A DNA stretch of 64,000 nt, taken from the UHGV virus genome UHGV-1363143. One strand, given 5' to 3'. Below, piece after piece: positions 30,601 to 41,600 of this stretch. Both the position numbers and the translations under genes were made by a program. How positions within the stretch are numbered: position 1 is the first letter of the stretch; every line of letters starts with the position of its first letter. Below the pieces are notes generated by a model. The model did no database searches and was not told where the DNA came from. It saw nothing but the letters and a program-made list of their open reading frames with translations. This DNA is from a virus.

Positions 30601-33600
30601 ATTCGGAAATGACTAGACTTTGTGGCATTCATGAAGTAGTTATAGAATCCGTAGATATTTCTACAGTACCAATGCAACCAGGACTATTTGCAATACAATG
30701 TAGAGCAATATCTGTAGATAGAACTATGAGAAATAGAGAAGCATTAAGAAGAATAGATGCCATGAATAATGCAGGTGCAATTAATCCAGAAGCAATGAGT
30801 TCTTGGGTATATAAGACTTATTTTGATTTAAATAAAACTTTATCAAAAGCAGAAGTATATCCAGATTTAGAATTACCTACAATAGATGAATTAGAAAGCA
30901 CAGGTTATAAATTTATAAGATATGTAAGAAACAGAGAAATGAGAACATATCCAGATCCTGATTTCTATTTTGTGTATGGATATGCGTATTCATCTCAAAT
31001 GTTAAGAAAATCAATTATAGAATATTTTGACAAGCAAATTACGAATGATAAAGGAGAGGCTAGAGCTGTAATTACTCAAGCTAAAACTTCATATGTTCAA
31101 AGCGGAACCAGTCAAGAAACACTTGCTTCCATGAATGATAATGATCCTGATAATGTAATTTATTATGACCATCAAAATAAAGAATTAGAAGGAAAATATA
31201 ATGAAGCTGTAAAAAAAGATATTGAATATATAAACAGTACAAGACAGCAGTCTACAGAGGAAGATCAAAAATATGAAGAAAAAATAAGAGCAGCAGAAGA
31301 ACTGTATAATCAGAGCACATATTTTGAAGATCAACTTATGGCACTAAGTCCTAAAAGCTGGGATATATGTTCATCTATTAAATGTACTTTACCTGAAACA
31401 CTTCCTGATGGAGAAGAAGGAACATTAGAAGCCAATATTAAAAAGGACTTAAAAGATGTGAGCTCTAAAATAATTGAAATTATAGATGAAGCCCTTAGTA
31501 AACCTATAGACGCTACTGAGTATTCGAACTCATCAATACGTGTAGGATATGATTATCATAAAACTCTTAGAAAAGAAGTCAAGAAATTTGTTGAGAATGA
31601 AACAGAAAAAAACTCAGTATGGCAAAAAATAATATCTGAATTTGGAACTTCAATAGACTCAAAAACTAAGAAAAACATAAGAGCAATATATGAGGCAGCA
31701 GCAATGGCTCTTAGTGGAAACTCTGAATTTTCAAAAGATATGAATAAAGATAACTACTGTGCAAGAGCTTATTTCTTTAATAACAATGTAGACACTAATT
31801 ACTCAACTGCAGAAGATGACTATACTTCAAATAAAATTAAATGGTTTCCAAATAGTATAATTATAGATAAAAATACAGGAGATATATTTAACGCAAATAA
31901 TATAGATAATGCTATAGCAAATGGAATAACATTTGGACCTTATCAAGTAAGAAAGTATGATGCCGAGTTTTTAAAAGATTTTTATTCAGATAAATCAATT
32001 ACTTTTTCTGATATGGATTTCTTAGATCCTTATTACAACAAGGCATTACACAAAGATAAATTTGGAAAAGATATAGATAATGATGAATATGTAGAATATA
32101 AATCAAAAATGATTAATTCAACTGGTTATGCTATAGAAGCATTCCATAGAGTAGTGTTGGCATGGGTAAAAAAATTAATCCAAGACAACATCTATATCAG
32201 TTTTTATGATATTAGAAGAGATGATATCTCTAAAGAGTTGAATGGATTAATTGAAGAAGTAACAGGCGAATCAGCATACAATAATGTTGGTTATTTACCT
32301 GGAGATTATACTCAATCAGCTAATTCAACAAACTATTCCGCTTACAATATTCAAGAATATCAAAAGATAGAAAAAGAAAAAAAAGTAAATAAAATAGTCC
32401 AACCTTTAACTGATAAAGGTAAGGATGTAGCAGATATAGTTAAAACATATGAAGGATCAATATTGACTGGAAAGATATTCTTACCTGTTCTATGTGCTGT
32501 AATTCATGGAGATGATATGATTTATGGAAGAATAAAACAAAAGGATATTGGAACATTAAAAGTCAAAACTCGTCAATGTAGTTTACCTTTTAATGCCTCA
32601 GATGAAGTTTCAGATGGAGAAAGAAATTTCAGAAAAATGATTAGAGGTCTATCAGCAACTGATCCTGAGGTAATGAATGGACTAGAAGCAATAGCTAGTG
32701 AAAGCTACACTAAGCTAGAATCTGCATTGATAGACAGAAATCAAAAGCTATGGCTAAAAGCTTCAGAAGATCCTTCAGCATGGGTGTTACATTCATTCTA
32801 TGACATGGTTACAAAAAATAAAAGAGGAAGAATGGCTAGAGCATTCCCTACTTATTATATGATGCTAATAGATGAAGGAAGAGAAATAGGATACTGGAAA
32901 CTTCATGATAACTTCTATAATATGAATTCTATTGCAGAGATAGAAGTTACTAAGTCAAGAAAAATGCCAGCAGATACAGCTAATATAGTAATGACAAATA
33001 TGTTTAAAACTTTCTCTACTGAGGATGAAGATGTAAGAGTGAATTATGAACATAACGTAAGAGATGTATTTAATAGTATCTTCTCTCCTAATGTTTATTT
33101 TGAAGAAGAAGAAGCTAAGAGAATGGCTCAAATGAATATTCATAGAGCAACTATTAAACCAGGAGTAAGAATTCATTTAAGAATGGGATACTCAGGAGAT
33201 GCGTCAGAGTTACCTATATTGTTTAATGGTGTTGTTACAGAAGCAAGCACTGGAGAACTTATAGAAATCACAGCTCAAAGCGACGGACATGAAATAGTTA
33301 ATTCTCAAGTTTTTGCTGGCACAACTGCTGAAGATGCTGCAGACATAAAAAATGAATCTTCAATGTTTAAATGGTTTTATAACTTCTTTACTGAAGGTGC
33401 TACACCAAAGACATTAATAAGAAACATATTTACTGCTAAGAGTGGTTTCTGGGGCAAGATGGCTAATAAGTTTACTAATGGTAGATTCTTTAATGATAAT
33501 ATGTTTGGAATAACTCACTTTGGAGAAATAGACTATAAAGCTATTCACAAGGATGGAGAAATAATGCAAAACATATACGAGGCTGAAGGAAGAATGCCTT

Positions 33601-36359
33601 GGCAAAAAGAACCTACACCAGGATCAATGATGGATGAACATGTTATGGCTGAAGCTCCATCATTCACAATAGAGCTTAAAGATAAAAGTGTTTGGGATGT
33701 ATTAAATATATGTGCCAGCTCATCATTAGAGTTTATAACTGGAGTAGCTCCATTTGGAATAAGAAGCACTATATTTTATGGAAGACCACATTATTACTAT
33801 GCATATGATTATGCAATATCCGAAGAAGGAATGATTACTGAAAAACGTAAGCCATTCCAACAATATCATATCATTGATAGTTATTCAGATATTATAGGAA
33901 ATAACATAAAGGCTTCAGGTGCGGATATAAAAACTGTAGCAGTACCGATGTATAAAGGTCCTGGAAAAGCAAATAAAATTATAGAAAAGAAATGTAATCC
34001 AATATGGGCGGATTGGGATATATATCCTGAATTCCAAAAAACTATGGTAGTCAACACAGGACTTACTTGGAAAGCAAACAAAATGGGAGCCTTACTTGTC
34101 AATAAATTTAGAGATGAAGTTACAAAGAGCGGTGGTCAAAAGATTGCTTGGAGAATGGGAGCAACAGCTCTTAAAAATTCATTTAAAGATATGTATCAAG
34201 GAGAAGTCATAATAATTGGAGATACCAGCATAAAACCTTTGGATAAAGTTTTCTTACACGATGTTTACGAAAACATGAATGGAGCTGTAGAAGTAGAGGC
34301 AGTAGTCCATAGATTGAGTCCTGAGACAGGATTTACTTCATCAGTATTCGCAGACTGTATTAGTTGTGTAGACAGTAGATATGAAGAAATAGGAAGAATG
34401 TGGACATCTCAAATTGCGCACCAAATAGTTCTGGCTAAGAGTATATTCTATTTAAGTAGTTTGGCATTTGGGAATAGCACTAGACCAATGTTGAATGTAA
34501 TGGCTAGGACTGTCAACAAAGGTGCTTACAAAACAGCAGAAATGGCTAATAAAGCTATGGAGTTCATAGGAAAAGATGAATTGATTAAATACGGAAGTAT
34601 GGAAAAATGGTCAGATGCATTTTATAGTACAATGAATCTTTCATCTCAGGAAGTTGCTGTATGGAATAAAGTTAGCCAGCTCGGAGGAATTAAAAAGAAA
34701 ATATCAGTATTAGATATAAATAATATAGATTCAGCCTCAGATATTATTGATAACCTTGGAAACATAGTAAAAGCAACCGATGGATTTAGTCCTTCAGATG
34801 TAGCTGATACATTAGAAACTGCCTTAAAGAATGGATCTATCAAAAAGAAAGATATTAGTAATGTAGAGGCAACTATAAAAACATTAAGAGAAATAAAAAT
34901 AGATACTGATGGATTAACATCAAGTATTAAGCACTTATCATCATCAGTAGTTTCACAATTAGAATCGGTATCAGGTTTAGCGGATGAAGCTAAAGATAGC
35001 CTTAGGTATTTAAAAAGTATTCAGAACATGGAAAAAATAGATATTAAAAAGGCAATGGAATCCCTAGATAGTGTTAAAGATCTAGTTGATTTAAAGGATG
35101 ATATAAAGCAGTCTGCAAAGATAATAGGAGAATATGGTGACGATGTATTAAAAGCTATATCAAAAGCAGACGATATAGTCAAAGGTTCCAAGGTAGCCTC
35201 AGCTGTTACTGCTACCGTAACAACAGCTGGTGTAATATCTTCAGCATTATTAATAGCTGCTGAAATGGCTATAACATATGTCATAGAAAAAAATATATAC
35301 AACTGGATTGAAAACAGAATGGCTAGTTTTAATGTACTGACTGTTTACCCTCTTAAAAAGAATGGAGTAGTTCATGTAGCTGGCATAGATGGCCATAAGG
35401 GATTAGTTCATGGAAGTCCAACTTGGGAACAAGCCGGTCCTATTGATTCATTCATTAACTGGGTGTTTAAAGAAAGAGACACTAAATTCTATAAATTCTT
35501 AGATATATTTGTGTTTTCTGACGAAATGAAAGCTATTGCTGAAACTTATAAGAAAGATAATAAGTTGGGAAGTTATGCAGATGAAAAAGAGCAAACAGTA
35601 ACAGGATTATTAAAAAGCATAGCAGAAGGACAAGCAAGTTCTTATTCAAATTACAAAGCTATGGTTCATACGGAACGTATTACAGATATAAATGCTGCTA
35701 ATGCAAAATACACATATAAGAAAACCAGAGTAAAGTCTGATATATTAAATGATATACCTAATCACCCAGCAGTATTAAATGAGTTAGTTCCTATTGATGG
35801 AAGTAATGAGGCATTAGCTGAATATTTCTCTCCATTAAAAAGTCCTAGATTAAAAACTATACATTTGAGTCATACAGAATATGAGGGTGATTTAGACAAC
35901 AAGATTAGTTACGAAGAATTCAAAATAGATAATATTAAGAGTTACAATGGTGTAATTAGAGGAATTAGACTTTCAGATAACACAGTAGATATTCCATTCT
36001 TAAGACCTGATGCTTTTCAATTATTTAAAAGATTAATAGATCTTATAACAATAAAATCAGGTAATAAGGGATATGGAGATAACGAAAATAGTACAATCTG
36101 GTTCAAGTCAGGTACTATAGTTAATGATAACTCTTGGAGTTCAACTGGATATGTATTTAGGTTTGAAGTTACGAATATCAGTGATGATATAGTAAACCAA
36201 GCATTTGAGGATGCAGCTAAAGAACTTAGAGAAATATTTATTGATGAAAATAAACAAGACATTATAAACATATTCCAATATAGAAAAGTTAAAAATAGCA
36301 ATGCATACGAAGTGTTTGTATGCCCTAGAGATGAATACTTTAAACTACAATTAGATTAA
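27672..36359 (+). CDS. Second giant protein (2895 aa). It has an N-terminal SNase/thermonuclease-like domain, and a C-terminal coiled-coil plus hydrophobic helix.
   Basis: An AAGGGAGTG RBS precedes it. IDADT...FKIRTIGINAPEV...EALDLLESAQDMRIVVD...FLGAIYVKA...WINLAKYVRSKVG parallels staphylococcal nuclease IDGDT...FRLLLVDTPE...KIEVEFD...GLAYIY...ALVRQGLAKVAY. The C-terminal region (about nt 34700..35300) is a long coiled-coil followed by VASAVTATVTTAGVISSALLIAAEMAITYVI. Confidence 0.5.
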   Translation: MAKFYSSVDEKFYKTPDMGDYYDEDLIEEMMTSIDPNNPKNATYYVETPFSTALGYHPDYEAFVLKADAIIKKNDYKYGGTTGAEKEYLNDIDADTISFYLDSVDDGGMPFELNGEKYKGFKDYVYNQTDFITFKQKVFKIRTIGINAPEVPHYKIVPMSDEDAKTKLKEVSISEMKRGGYIYEINKPRTQEKYPFIFIDNKWREVVNGRNVDGTYGSRQHPFKDSEEYDGASKNEDDKSRYYTCLLKDEQSTLDMNGDVNLGLLATREALDLLESAQDMRIVVDAKQLQTSANYSEIQKVLMEGWSEDNSLWEVIKAMYIKTFGESKTTVKYGGFGTFGQDSYKRFLGAIYVKAAINGAPTAWINLAKYVRSKVGDRVQLMKGLDPVSQDNGNGVSDAFKVWSYDNSNMLIADGFYNISQADFDDRRQIQREITGLDFSQYRDYTVMIGDCLFMVPPTSIRVVNQVDSNRVPLLRSKGSITKTKPHNDRLIEMTLYFNGEEGINGVPIKKQLPKQKGTNQYETYYMNGLRSLIAMFRYTPFMPVENKYLNDVLGIEAVSLANLQIQTMPMYPKCLAVTLTLQQFNYRIYLNELPLPDPEEGQDFNYNMYARTINYGIMRYYYQRAIQAGEAIKDLSTSSQEYIESTMGSKTKLIPMEFKDQNIRFQILDSNWLDKMKSIKELATKQPIQQTQALNQKTLDWANRVGISMYHIINAVNNIEACASPSFNSLENPILWLQEKLLTNQTCPHLVEIGKGVESGEGIYDFSFVFDTDSLTKEELQNLMIAITNELNIKKNDADRLIFEDGIITISAKLSKDVHTDGETDYKCDTSTDDYAVAQFFAFRSGMFNEGELSDDINNDNWDGFSTVVNEAFFENMKDNAIDEESLLSAKFKDYPLDIIVQQFSISMGNTLSNTKLKIHEGYAPQYAGGQDTVLDFVFHTTDESTVTLLNNMQQMAAEQLIKYRQIINCWPIRIDSEMTRLCGIHEVVIESVDISTVPMQPGLFAIQCRAISVDRTMRNREALRRIDAMNNAGAINPEAMSSWVYKTYFDLNKTLSKAEVYPDLELPTIDELESTGYKFIRYVRNREMRTYPDPDFYFVYGYAYSSQMLRKSIIEYFDKQITNDKGEARAVITQAKTSYVQSGTSQETLASMNDNDPDNVIYYDHQNKELEGKYNEAVKKDIEYINSTRQQSTEEDQKYEEKIRAAEELYNQSTYFEDQLMALSPKSWDICSSIKCTLPETLPDGEEGTLEANIKKDLKDVSSKIIEIIDEALSKPIDATEYSNSSIRVGYDYHKTLRKEVKKFVENETEKNSVWQKIISEFGTSIDSKTKKNIRAIYEAAAMALSGNSEFSKDMNKDNYCARAYFFNNNVDTNYSTAEDDYTSNKIKWFPNSIIIDKNTGDIFNANNIDNAIANGITFGPYQVRKYDAEFLKDFYSDKSITFSDMDFLDPYYNKALHKDKFGKDIDNDEYVEYKSKMINSTGYAIEAFHRVVLAWVKKLIQDNIYISFYDIRRDDISKELNGLIEEVTGESAYNNVGYLPGDYTQSANSTNYSAYNIQEYQKIEKEKKVNKIVQPLTDKGKDVADIVKTYEGSILTGKIFLPVLCAVIHGDDMIYGRIKQKDIGTLKVKTRQCSLPFNASDEVSDGERNFRKMIRGLSATDPEVMNGLEAIASESYTKLESALIDRNQKLWLKASEDPSAWVLHSFYDMVTKNKRGRMARAFPTYYMMLIDEGREIGYWKLHDNFYNMNSIAEIEVTKSRKMPADTANIVMTNMFKTFSTEDEDVRVNYEHNVRDVFNSIFSPNVYFEEEEAKRMAQMNIHRATIKPGVRIHLRMGYSGDASELPILFNGVVTEASTGELIEITAQSDGHEIVNSQVFAGTTAEDAADIKNESSMFKWFYNFFTEGATPKTLIRNIFTAKSGFWGKMANKFTNGRFFNDNMFGITHFGEIDYKAIHKDGEIMQNIYEAEGRMPWQKEPTPGSMMDEHVMAEAPSFTIELKDKSVWDVLNICASSSLEFITGVAPFGIRSTIFYGRPHYYYAYDYAISEEGMITEKRKPFQQYHIIDSYSDIIGNNIKASGADIKTVAVPMYKGPGKANKIIEKKCNPIWADWDIYPEFQKTMVVNTGLTWKANKMGALLVNKFRDEVTKSGGQKIAWRMGATALKNSFKDMYQGEVIIIGDTSIKPLDKVFLHDVYENMNGAVEVEAVVHRLSPETGFTSSVFADCISCVDSRYEEIGRMWTSQIAHQIVLAKSIFYLSSLAFGNSTRPMLNVMARTVNKGAYKTAEMANKAMEFIGKDELIKYGSMEKWSDAFYSTMNLSSQEVAVWNKVSQLGGIKKKISVLDINNIDSASDIIDNLGNIVKATDGFSPSDVADTLETALKNGSIKKKDISNVEATIKTLREIKIDTDGLTSSIKHLSSSVVSQLESVSGLADEAKDSLRYLKSIQNMEKIDIKKAMESLDSVKDLVDLKDDIKQSAKIIGEYGDDVLKAISKADDIVKGSKVASAVTATVTTAGVISSALLIAAEMAITYVIEKNIYNWIENRMASFNVLTVYPLKKNGVVHVAGIDGHKGLVHGSPTWEQAGPIDSFINWVFKERDTKFYKFLDIFVFSDEMKAIAETYKKDNKLGSYADEKEQTVTGLLKSIAEGQASSYSNYKAMVHTERITDINAANAKYTYKKTRVKSDILNDIPNHPAVLNELVPIDGSNEALAEYFSPLKSPRLKTIHLSHTEYEGDLDNKISYEEFKIDNIKSYNGVIRGIRLSDNTVDIPFLRPDAFQLFKRLIDLITIKSGNKGYGDNENSTIWFKSGTIVNDNSWSSTGYVFRFEVTNISDDIVNQAFEDAAKELREIFIDENKQDIINIFQYRKVKNSNAYEVFVCPRDEYFKLQLD
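27930..28810 (+). other. SNase-like nuclease domain. The Ca-site Asp is replaced by Asn (GINAPE instead of GIDAPE/VDTPE).
   Basis: The motif alignment is as given above, read directly from the translation. Confidence 0.5.
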
Positions 36360-36372
36360 GGAGGAAGCAGTT

Positions 36373-36738
36373 ATGTCAGATTTTAGACATAAACTGCGTA
36401 AGGAAGTAGTAGATCCTGCTCTGAAAACGAGCAGGAAAGCTACACTTATAGCAGTAATTACAGATAAAAAAAGTAATTCATATACAATCCAATTTACAGA
36501 TGAAAATGGTGAGAAGCAAAAACAGTCAGGTATCTCTGCAAGAAGATATGGTAACGAAACTCCTCAAGGATATGAAATTAATGAAACTGTATTAGTAGAG
36601 TATGATGATACTGATAAAAAATATGAAATCATTTCAAGTTACGGAAGGGACTACGCCGAAGTTAAAGCAACAACTGAATTAAAGACTGACATATTTAGTA
36701 ATTTAATATCTAGTACTATTCCAGGATATCAATTTTAG
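36373..36738 (+). CDS. Hypothetical small baseplate-region protein (121 aa).
   Basis: It has a strong RBS (TAAGGAGGAAG). It sits between the giant genes and the baseplate genes. Confidence 0.4.
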   Translation: MSDFRHKLRKEVVDPALKTSRKATLIAVITDKKSNSYTIQFTDENGEKQKQSGISARRYGNETPQGYEINETVLVEYDDTDKKYEIISSYGRDYAEVKATTELKTDIFSNLISSTIPGYQF

Positions 36739-36749
36739 GAGGGATAAAA

Positions 36750-37322
36750 ATGTCATTATATAGTAAATTACAGAAAGAAATAGACAGCGTATCTGATGTT
36801 CATCCAGATTTACTTAGTGAAGCTAAAGAAAGAGCCGAATATATGGATGACACAAACGATAAAGGTATAGTAAACCCTTCAACAGGTTCATCTGTTTTAG
36901 TGAGAGGGAATGGAGATATAACTTTAACTTCCAGTCTAATGTCACAATACAAAGTAACAGCTAGTGGACATGCAATAGAGGAAAGTATGGAAAGCCATAC
37001 AAGAACAGTTAGAAAAGTTATTGAGGCTGATGAAATAGTAGTTAATAATCATAAGCTTAATCCAGCTTTATATGAATTAAGCGATATGAGAAATTTATTT
37101 GGATACCAAGATATTTCCATAGGAAATCTTACAGTCAATACAACTGTATTAGTAAAGGCATGGGAACCTACACTTAAAAAATGGGTATTAATAAGAAGGC
37201 CAGCTAGAATACCACTTTTCTCTCCAGTACTTAATCTACCTGATTGTCCTGAAAACATGAATGTAGATACTGATATAAAAGATGAAATATTAAAAGCAAG
37301 CCAAGGAGGAATTAAAGGATGA
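36750..37322 (+). CDS. Hypothetical protein (190 aa), a baseplate hub or spike candidate by position.
   Basis: It has an AGGAGGG RBS. It precedes the gp25-like gene, as V/gp45-type spikes do in Mu/P2-like orders. No motif confirmation was found. Confidence 0.35.
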   Translation: MSLYSKLQKEIDSVSDVHPDLLSEAKERAEYMDDTNDKGIVNPSTGSSVLVRGNGDITLTSSLMSQYKVTASGHAIEESMESHTRTVRKVIEADEIVVNNHKLNPALYELSDMRNLFGYQDISIGNLTVNTTVLVKAWEPTLKKWVLIRRPARIPLFSPVLNLPDCPENMNVDTDIKDEILKASQGGIKG

Positions 37323-37837
37323 TAGACTTTTTAATTACACCTTCAGGAGATTTAGCTTTTACTGAAATAGAAAAAGAAAACCAAACTCTTGAAATTTCAT
37401 TTTATAAAACCAAAACCCAAGCACTTAAGATAAACTTTGAAATGGATACATATCTAACAGACACGCCTAAAAAAGATTCTCTAGTAGTTTATTTTGATCT
37501 AACTAACATAAAAAATAATAAGAGAGCAATGTTAGTTGAAGATGATGCGTATAGAATGCAGCAAATATTTATGAGAATAAAAACTAGTTTAGGAGAATTA
37601 CCTGAACGCCCAGAAGTAGGCTCAAAGATTGAAACTGTAATGCACCAAAATATTCATGACAAATCAGTTCAAAGTAAAGTAGAGAACATAATAGGAGATG
37701 CAATAAAAGATATTGTTTATAACCATTCTGTAAAAGCTATCCCAACAGTTATTAAAGATAATGATTATAGGCAGATAATGAATGTAATGATTTATGAGGA
37801 TGATGATCTAATTTTTACTTATGAGATGGAGGGATAA
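37319..37837 (+). CDS. Baseplate wedge protein, gp25/GpW-like (172 aa).
   Basis: IKTSLGELPERPEVGSKIETVMHQNIHD...VENIIGDAIKD fits the gp25/GpW family signature (I..LL.T..GER..rPdfGs.l...l......i...I..ai). Confidence 0.55.
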   Translation: MIDFLITPSGDLAFTEIEKENQTLEISFYKTKTQALKINFEMDTYLTDTPKKDSLVVYFDLTNIKNNKRAMLVEDDAYRMQQIFMRIKTSLGELPERPEVGSKIETVMHQNIHDKSVQSKVENIIGDAIKDIVYNHSVKAIPTVIKDNDYRQIMNVMIYEDDDLIFTYEMEG

Positions 37838-37840
37838 CTA

Positions 37841-38641
37841 ATGAAAACGATGCAAGAAATTTATCAAAATATAAGAAATAAATTTTTCAAAGATACATCA
37901 ATAGATGTTGAGAGAGGATCCACCATAGATTACTATATCTTGGCAACTTCAAATATGATATCAGATGCTCACAAAGAAATAGAGAATAATAAAACTCCAC
38001 ATATATATTCTAGCTTAAAGGGAGAACAGCTAGATGACGCTGCAGTATTAGTTGGTTTAACTAGACGACCAGATGAATCCGATAAGAATTTTCTATACCG
38101 TATATTAAACTGGAATGTTTCCAATAAGGCTTCAAACCTAACAGCAATAGAAACTGCATTAATGGACATGCAATTTTGCTCTCACGTTACTTATGTTCCT
38201 CATACATTTGGATGTGGAACTTCAGCAGCTTATATTATACCTAAAAACATGAATGAAGAAGGTAAGGAGCTAGCAATAGAAGAAACTAAAGCAAGATTAA
38301 AAGATGTAGTATCTCCATCATCTTATATTGAATATATCATACCTAAAATATCTTCTGTAAAAATGAAAATTTTAATCAATGCAAAGGCAGCTGATGTAAT
38401 AACAATAAAGAAGAATATTGAAGACAAAATAATAAAATATGTAAATGGAATTGCTCCAGGAGAATATTTAGAAGTCGGAGAGATAAATAGATTAGGAACA
38501 AATGAAGCTAACGTAAAATACTTCAATGTAGGTAGCCTATTTATAAATAATAAAGAAACTGGTGCAATATCAATTCTTCAAAAAGTTGATAGCAAATTTG
38601 TTATGTCAGAGGCAGATATAATTTGGCTGGAGGTTGAATAA
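37841..38641 (+). CDS. Baseplate J-like protein candidate (266 aa).
   Basis: It sits immediately after the gp25-like gene, which is the conserved W-J order. The call is from size and position only. Confidence 0.4.
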   Translation: MKTMQEIYQNIRNKFFKDTSIDVERGSTIDYYILATSNMISDAHKEIENNKTPHIYSSLKGEQLDDAAVLVGLTRRPDESDKNFLYRILNWNVSNKASNLTAIETALMDMQFCSHVTYVPHTFGCGTSAAYIIPKNMNEEGKELAIEETKARLKDVVSPSSYIEYIIPKISSVKMKILINAKAADVITIKKNIEDKIIKYVNGIAPGEYLEVGEINRLGTNEANVKYFNVGSLFINNKETGAISILQKVDSKFVMSEADIIWLEVE

Positions 38642-38642
38642 A

Positions 38643-41600
38643 ATGTTGATCACTAAAGAACTAGTAGAAAAATCAATTAAGCATTTTCCAAAATGGATGG
38701 ACATAAGAAAAAGACATTTCTCTTCAGTCGGAGGCAAACTATTGTCTTCGGTTGCTAGAGAAGTTGCAGAGATACAAGATTCTATTGATGAATATATAAA
38801 ACAGCACTTCATACCATTCTACGAAGATAAGTGTGAAAGAATACCCGACTTTATATATAAAGCAAATATAGGCAATGTAGATATTGAGAAAATCACATTA
38901 GTAGAACCTAACCTAGAAATAATAACAGATATAAAAATATTCTACGAGACAGATAATGTAGCATATTATCAAGATGGCTTTATTTTTATAAAGGATAAAA
39001 TGGATAATATCTTTTATATGTTAGATGGCTACAAGAATGAAGCTCAATTAGAAAAGATGCATGTATGGAACACATATGATGAATTCGCTGCGTTTGTAGG
39101 AATTGAAAGATATCAAGATGAGAGTAATCTTGAATTATTTAATAGAATAATAAATGTATCTAAAAATGTACTAAACAGTTCCGAAGAAGGAATTAAAAAT
39201 GCTATAACATCAAGTCTTATTAATATTATTCCAGAATTAAGCATTGAAGATATTAAGCTTGAAAGACCTACTGCTGAAAATCTTGTTAAGTATTATGATG
39301 AGTTTAATACTATATTAGATAAATTAGCAGATGTGAATAAAGATATCTTAAAAAACAAGAAATGGGATATAGACAAATGGAATAACGACTTTAAGCAAAT
39401 AGACTATATACCGCATACCTGGGATATTATATTAAAAGAAATAACAAACGGAATAGGAGATAACGATGATTTAAGGCCAATCTTTATAGATGCTATTAAC
39501 ACAACTGATGTAGATATTTCTTTCTATGAAAAGTCAGAGGAACATATAGATTCATTTATAAGAGATAAGGAAATTGATGATACTTTAAATCTATCTTTGA
39601 TTAAATATAATAATATGTTAAATCCTTACACAGCCAAGTATTCTATAACAGCAAGTGAAGCTGAAGAAATAGAATATGAAGTATCTGGAATGGGACAAAT
39701 ATCTGTAGACCTTTATGAAACCTTAAAAGGTAAACATACGAGAAGTATAGAAGATTTAATTATAGACTCATCAAGTCTAAAAGACATAGAGATTATAAGA
39801 GAAGGCCTGTTAGAAGAAGGTAAATTCTACAGAATCAAGTTTACTCCTAAGAGCAAATATGACACGATGGAAATTATTAATTGTCATGTAGCAAGTGAGT
39901 ATGGAAATATCATTACGGATAACGAGGGGAATCTACTTACTTACAAAGATCCTAAGGATAATTTTATTTTAAATGGAGACATACTAGTAAATAAATTAGT
40001 TAAGAAATCTATAACAACACTAGATGAGTTCAATGTTCATAAAAATGCAGTAGATATAGGTTCAGGAATTACTATAGATAAGATTAATGAAGAAAGTGAG
40101 TTAATCCTAAATACAGTAGGATATAGTGGTGAATCTGTAAAGATATTCTATGATAGTGAATTAAGTAAAGTTCCAGATAATGATATTCAGCTTAATAACT
40201 TCTTTTATGATGAACAAAAGAAAGCTTATGTCCCTGATGCAACTGGAGATACTAAAAGCATTACTGTAAACACAAAGGCAAATCAATTTAGTACAACAGT
40301 ATCTCAAGGACAATGCGTAGTTACTGCATTAATTAATGGCCAACCTGTAGAGCTTACAATGGAATATGTAAACGGAGAACTTGTTTATAGTACACCTAGA
40401 TTCAATGAACCTCAACAAATGTTAATTGAGATAGCAGCAATGTTCAACAATAATGTTGAGATCTCAAAGTTAATGTATTCTAACTACACTATTAAAGTTT
40501 ACACTGAAGCAGGTGAATTGATTAAAAATGAAGATGAAGATAATCTTTATTGGATGCCACAAGGATATGAAAATAAACTTTTCATTAAAATGAGAACTAG
40601 AACGCAATACAGCCCTATATTGAGAAGGGTATTTATCGGTACACCTATTGACAGTAACGAATCCTATGAAACTGATCTTATTGTAGGTATGGAGAATGCA
40701 TACCTAAAGATTACTAGTAATTGTAATGTTGAGTTATATGAAAGCTCTAAACCATTTGCAAAATGTGATAAATATAGTGTGGACCAAAAAGTTACAAGAG
40801 GATACTCGACAGATAAAATATATAGGGCCACTAGTAATGAAGCTTATATAATATTAAATACAGCAGAGTACTTTAATATAGATAGCATTGACATTGAAGA
40901 AGGAACATATGAAGTTACTGGTGAAGGAATTCTACAAAGACATATATTAAAACTTCGTAGTGGCCAAGGAGTAAGTAGCGTAACAATAACAGGACACTAT
41001 AACTCACTAATAGCTAGTAAATCAATTTACGACTTAATAAAGCGTGAAAATATAGCATATGAACCTTATGTTTTTGATGAAGATGGAGAATGGATATCAG
41101 GGTACAAGCTATATGCAAACAAGTTATTAAAATGCTTTGTAATTGAAAATAATAATTTTGAGCAAAGTATGGTTAAGATATCATCTGATAGTTTTGATTT
41201 AGGCAGTGATAGAGTTATTAGTGAAGCTGTAGTTAGTGGTTTGCCTGATTCATTACAAGGTGCATTCTCATCAATTGATGGAGATAATGGATATATTACT
41301 ATTGGAGATACTCATGGTGGAACATTTACTAACTTTTATATATATCCTAAATATGCAAAAGAATATATAGCTAGAAATGAATACACTACCTATGCTCATC
41401 ACAGAGAAGGAATAGAGATAGTTAACACATTCAATAATGGATATGAAGATGGTAAACTTATGATTTATCAAGTAAATCCAATTTCTAATGAAGAGTATGA
41501 TGTAACTTTTGATAATGGAAAGAATTGGAGTATCGGTAAGATTGGATTAACAATAGATCTTCATAAAGATAAAAACTATAATATGACACAAAAGATGATA

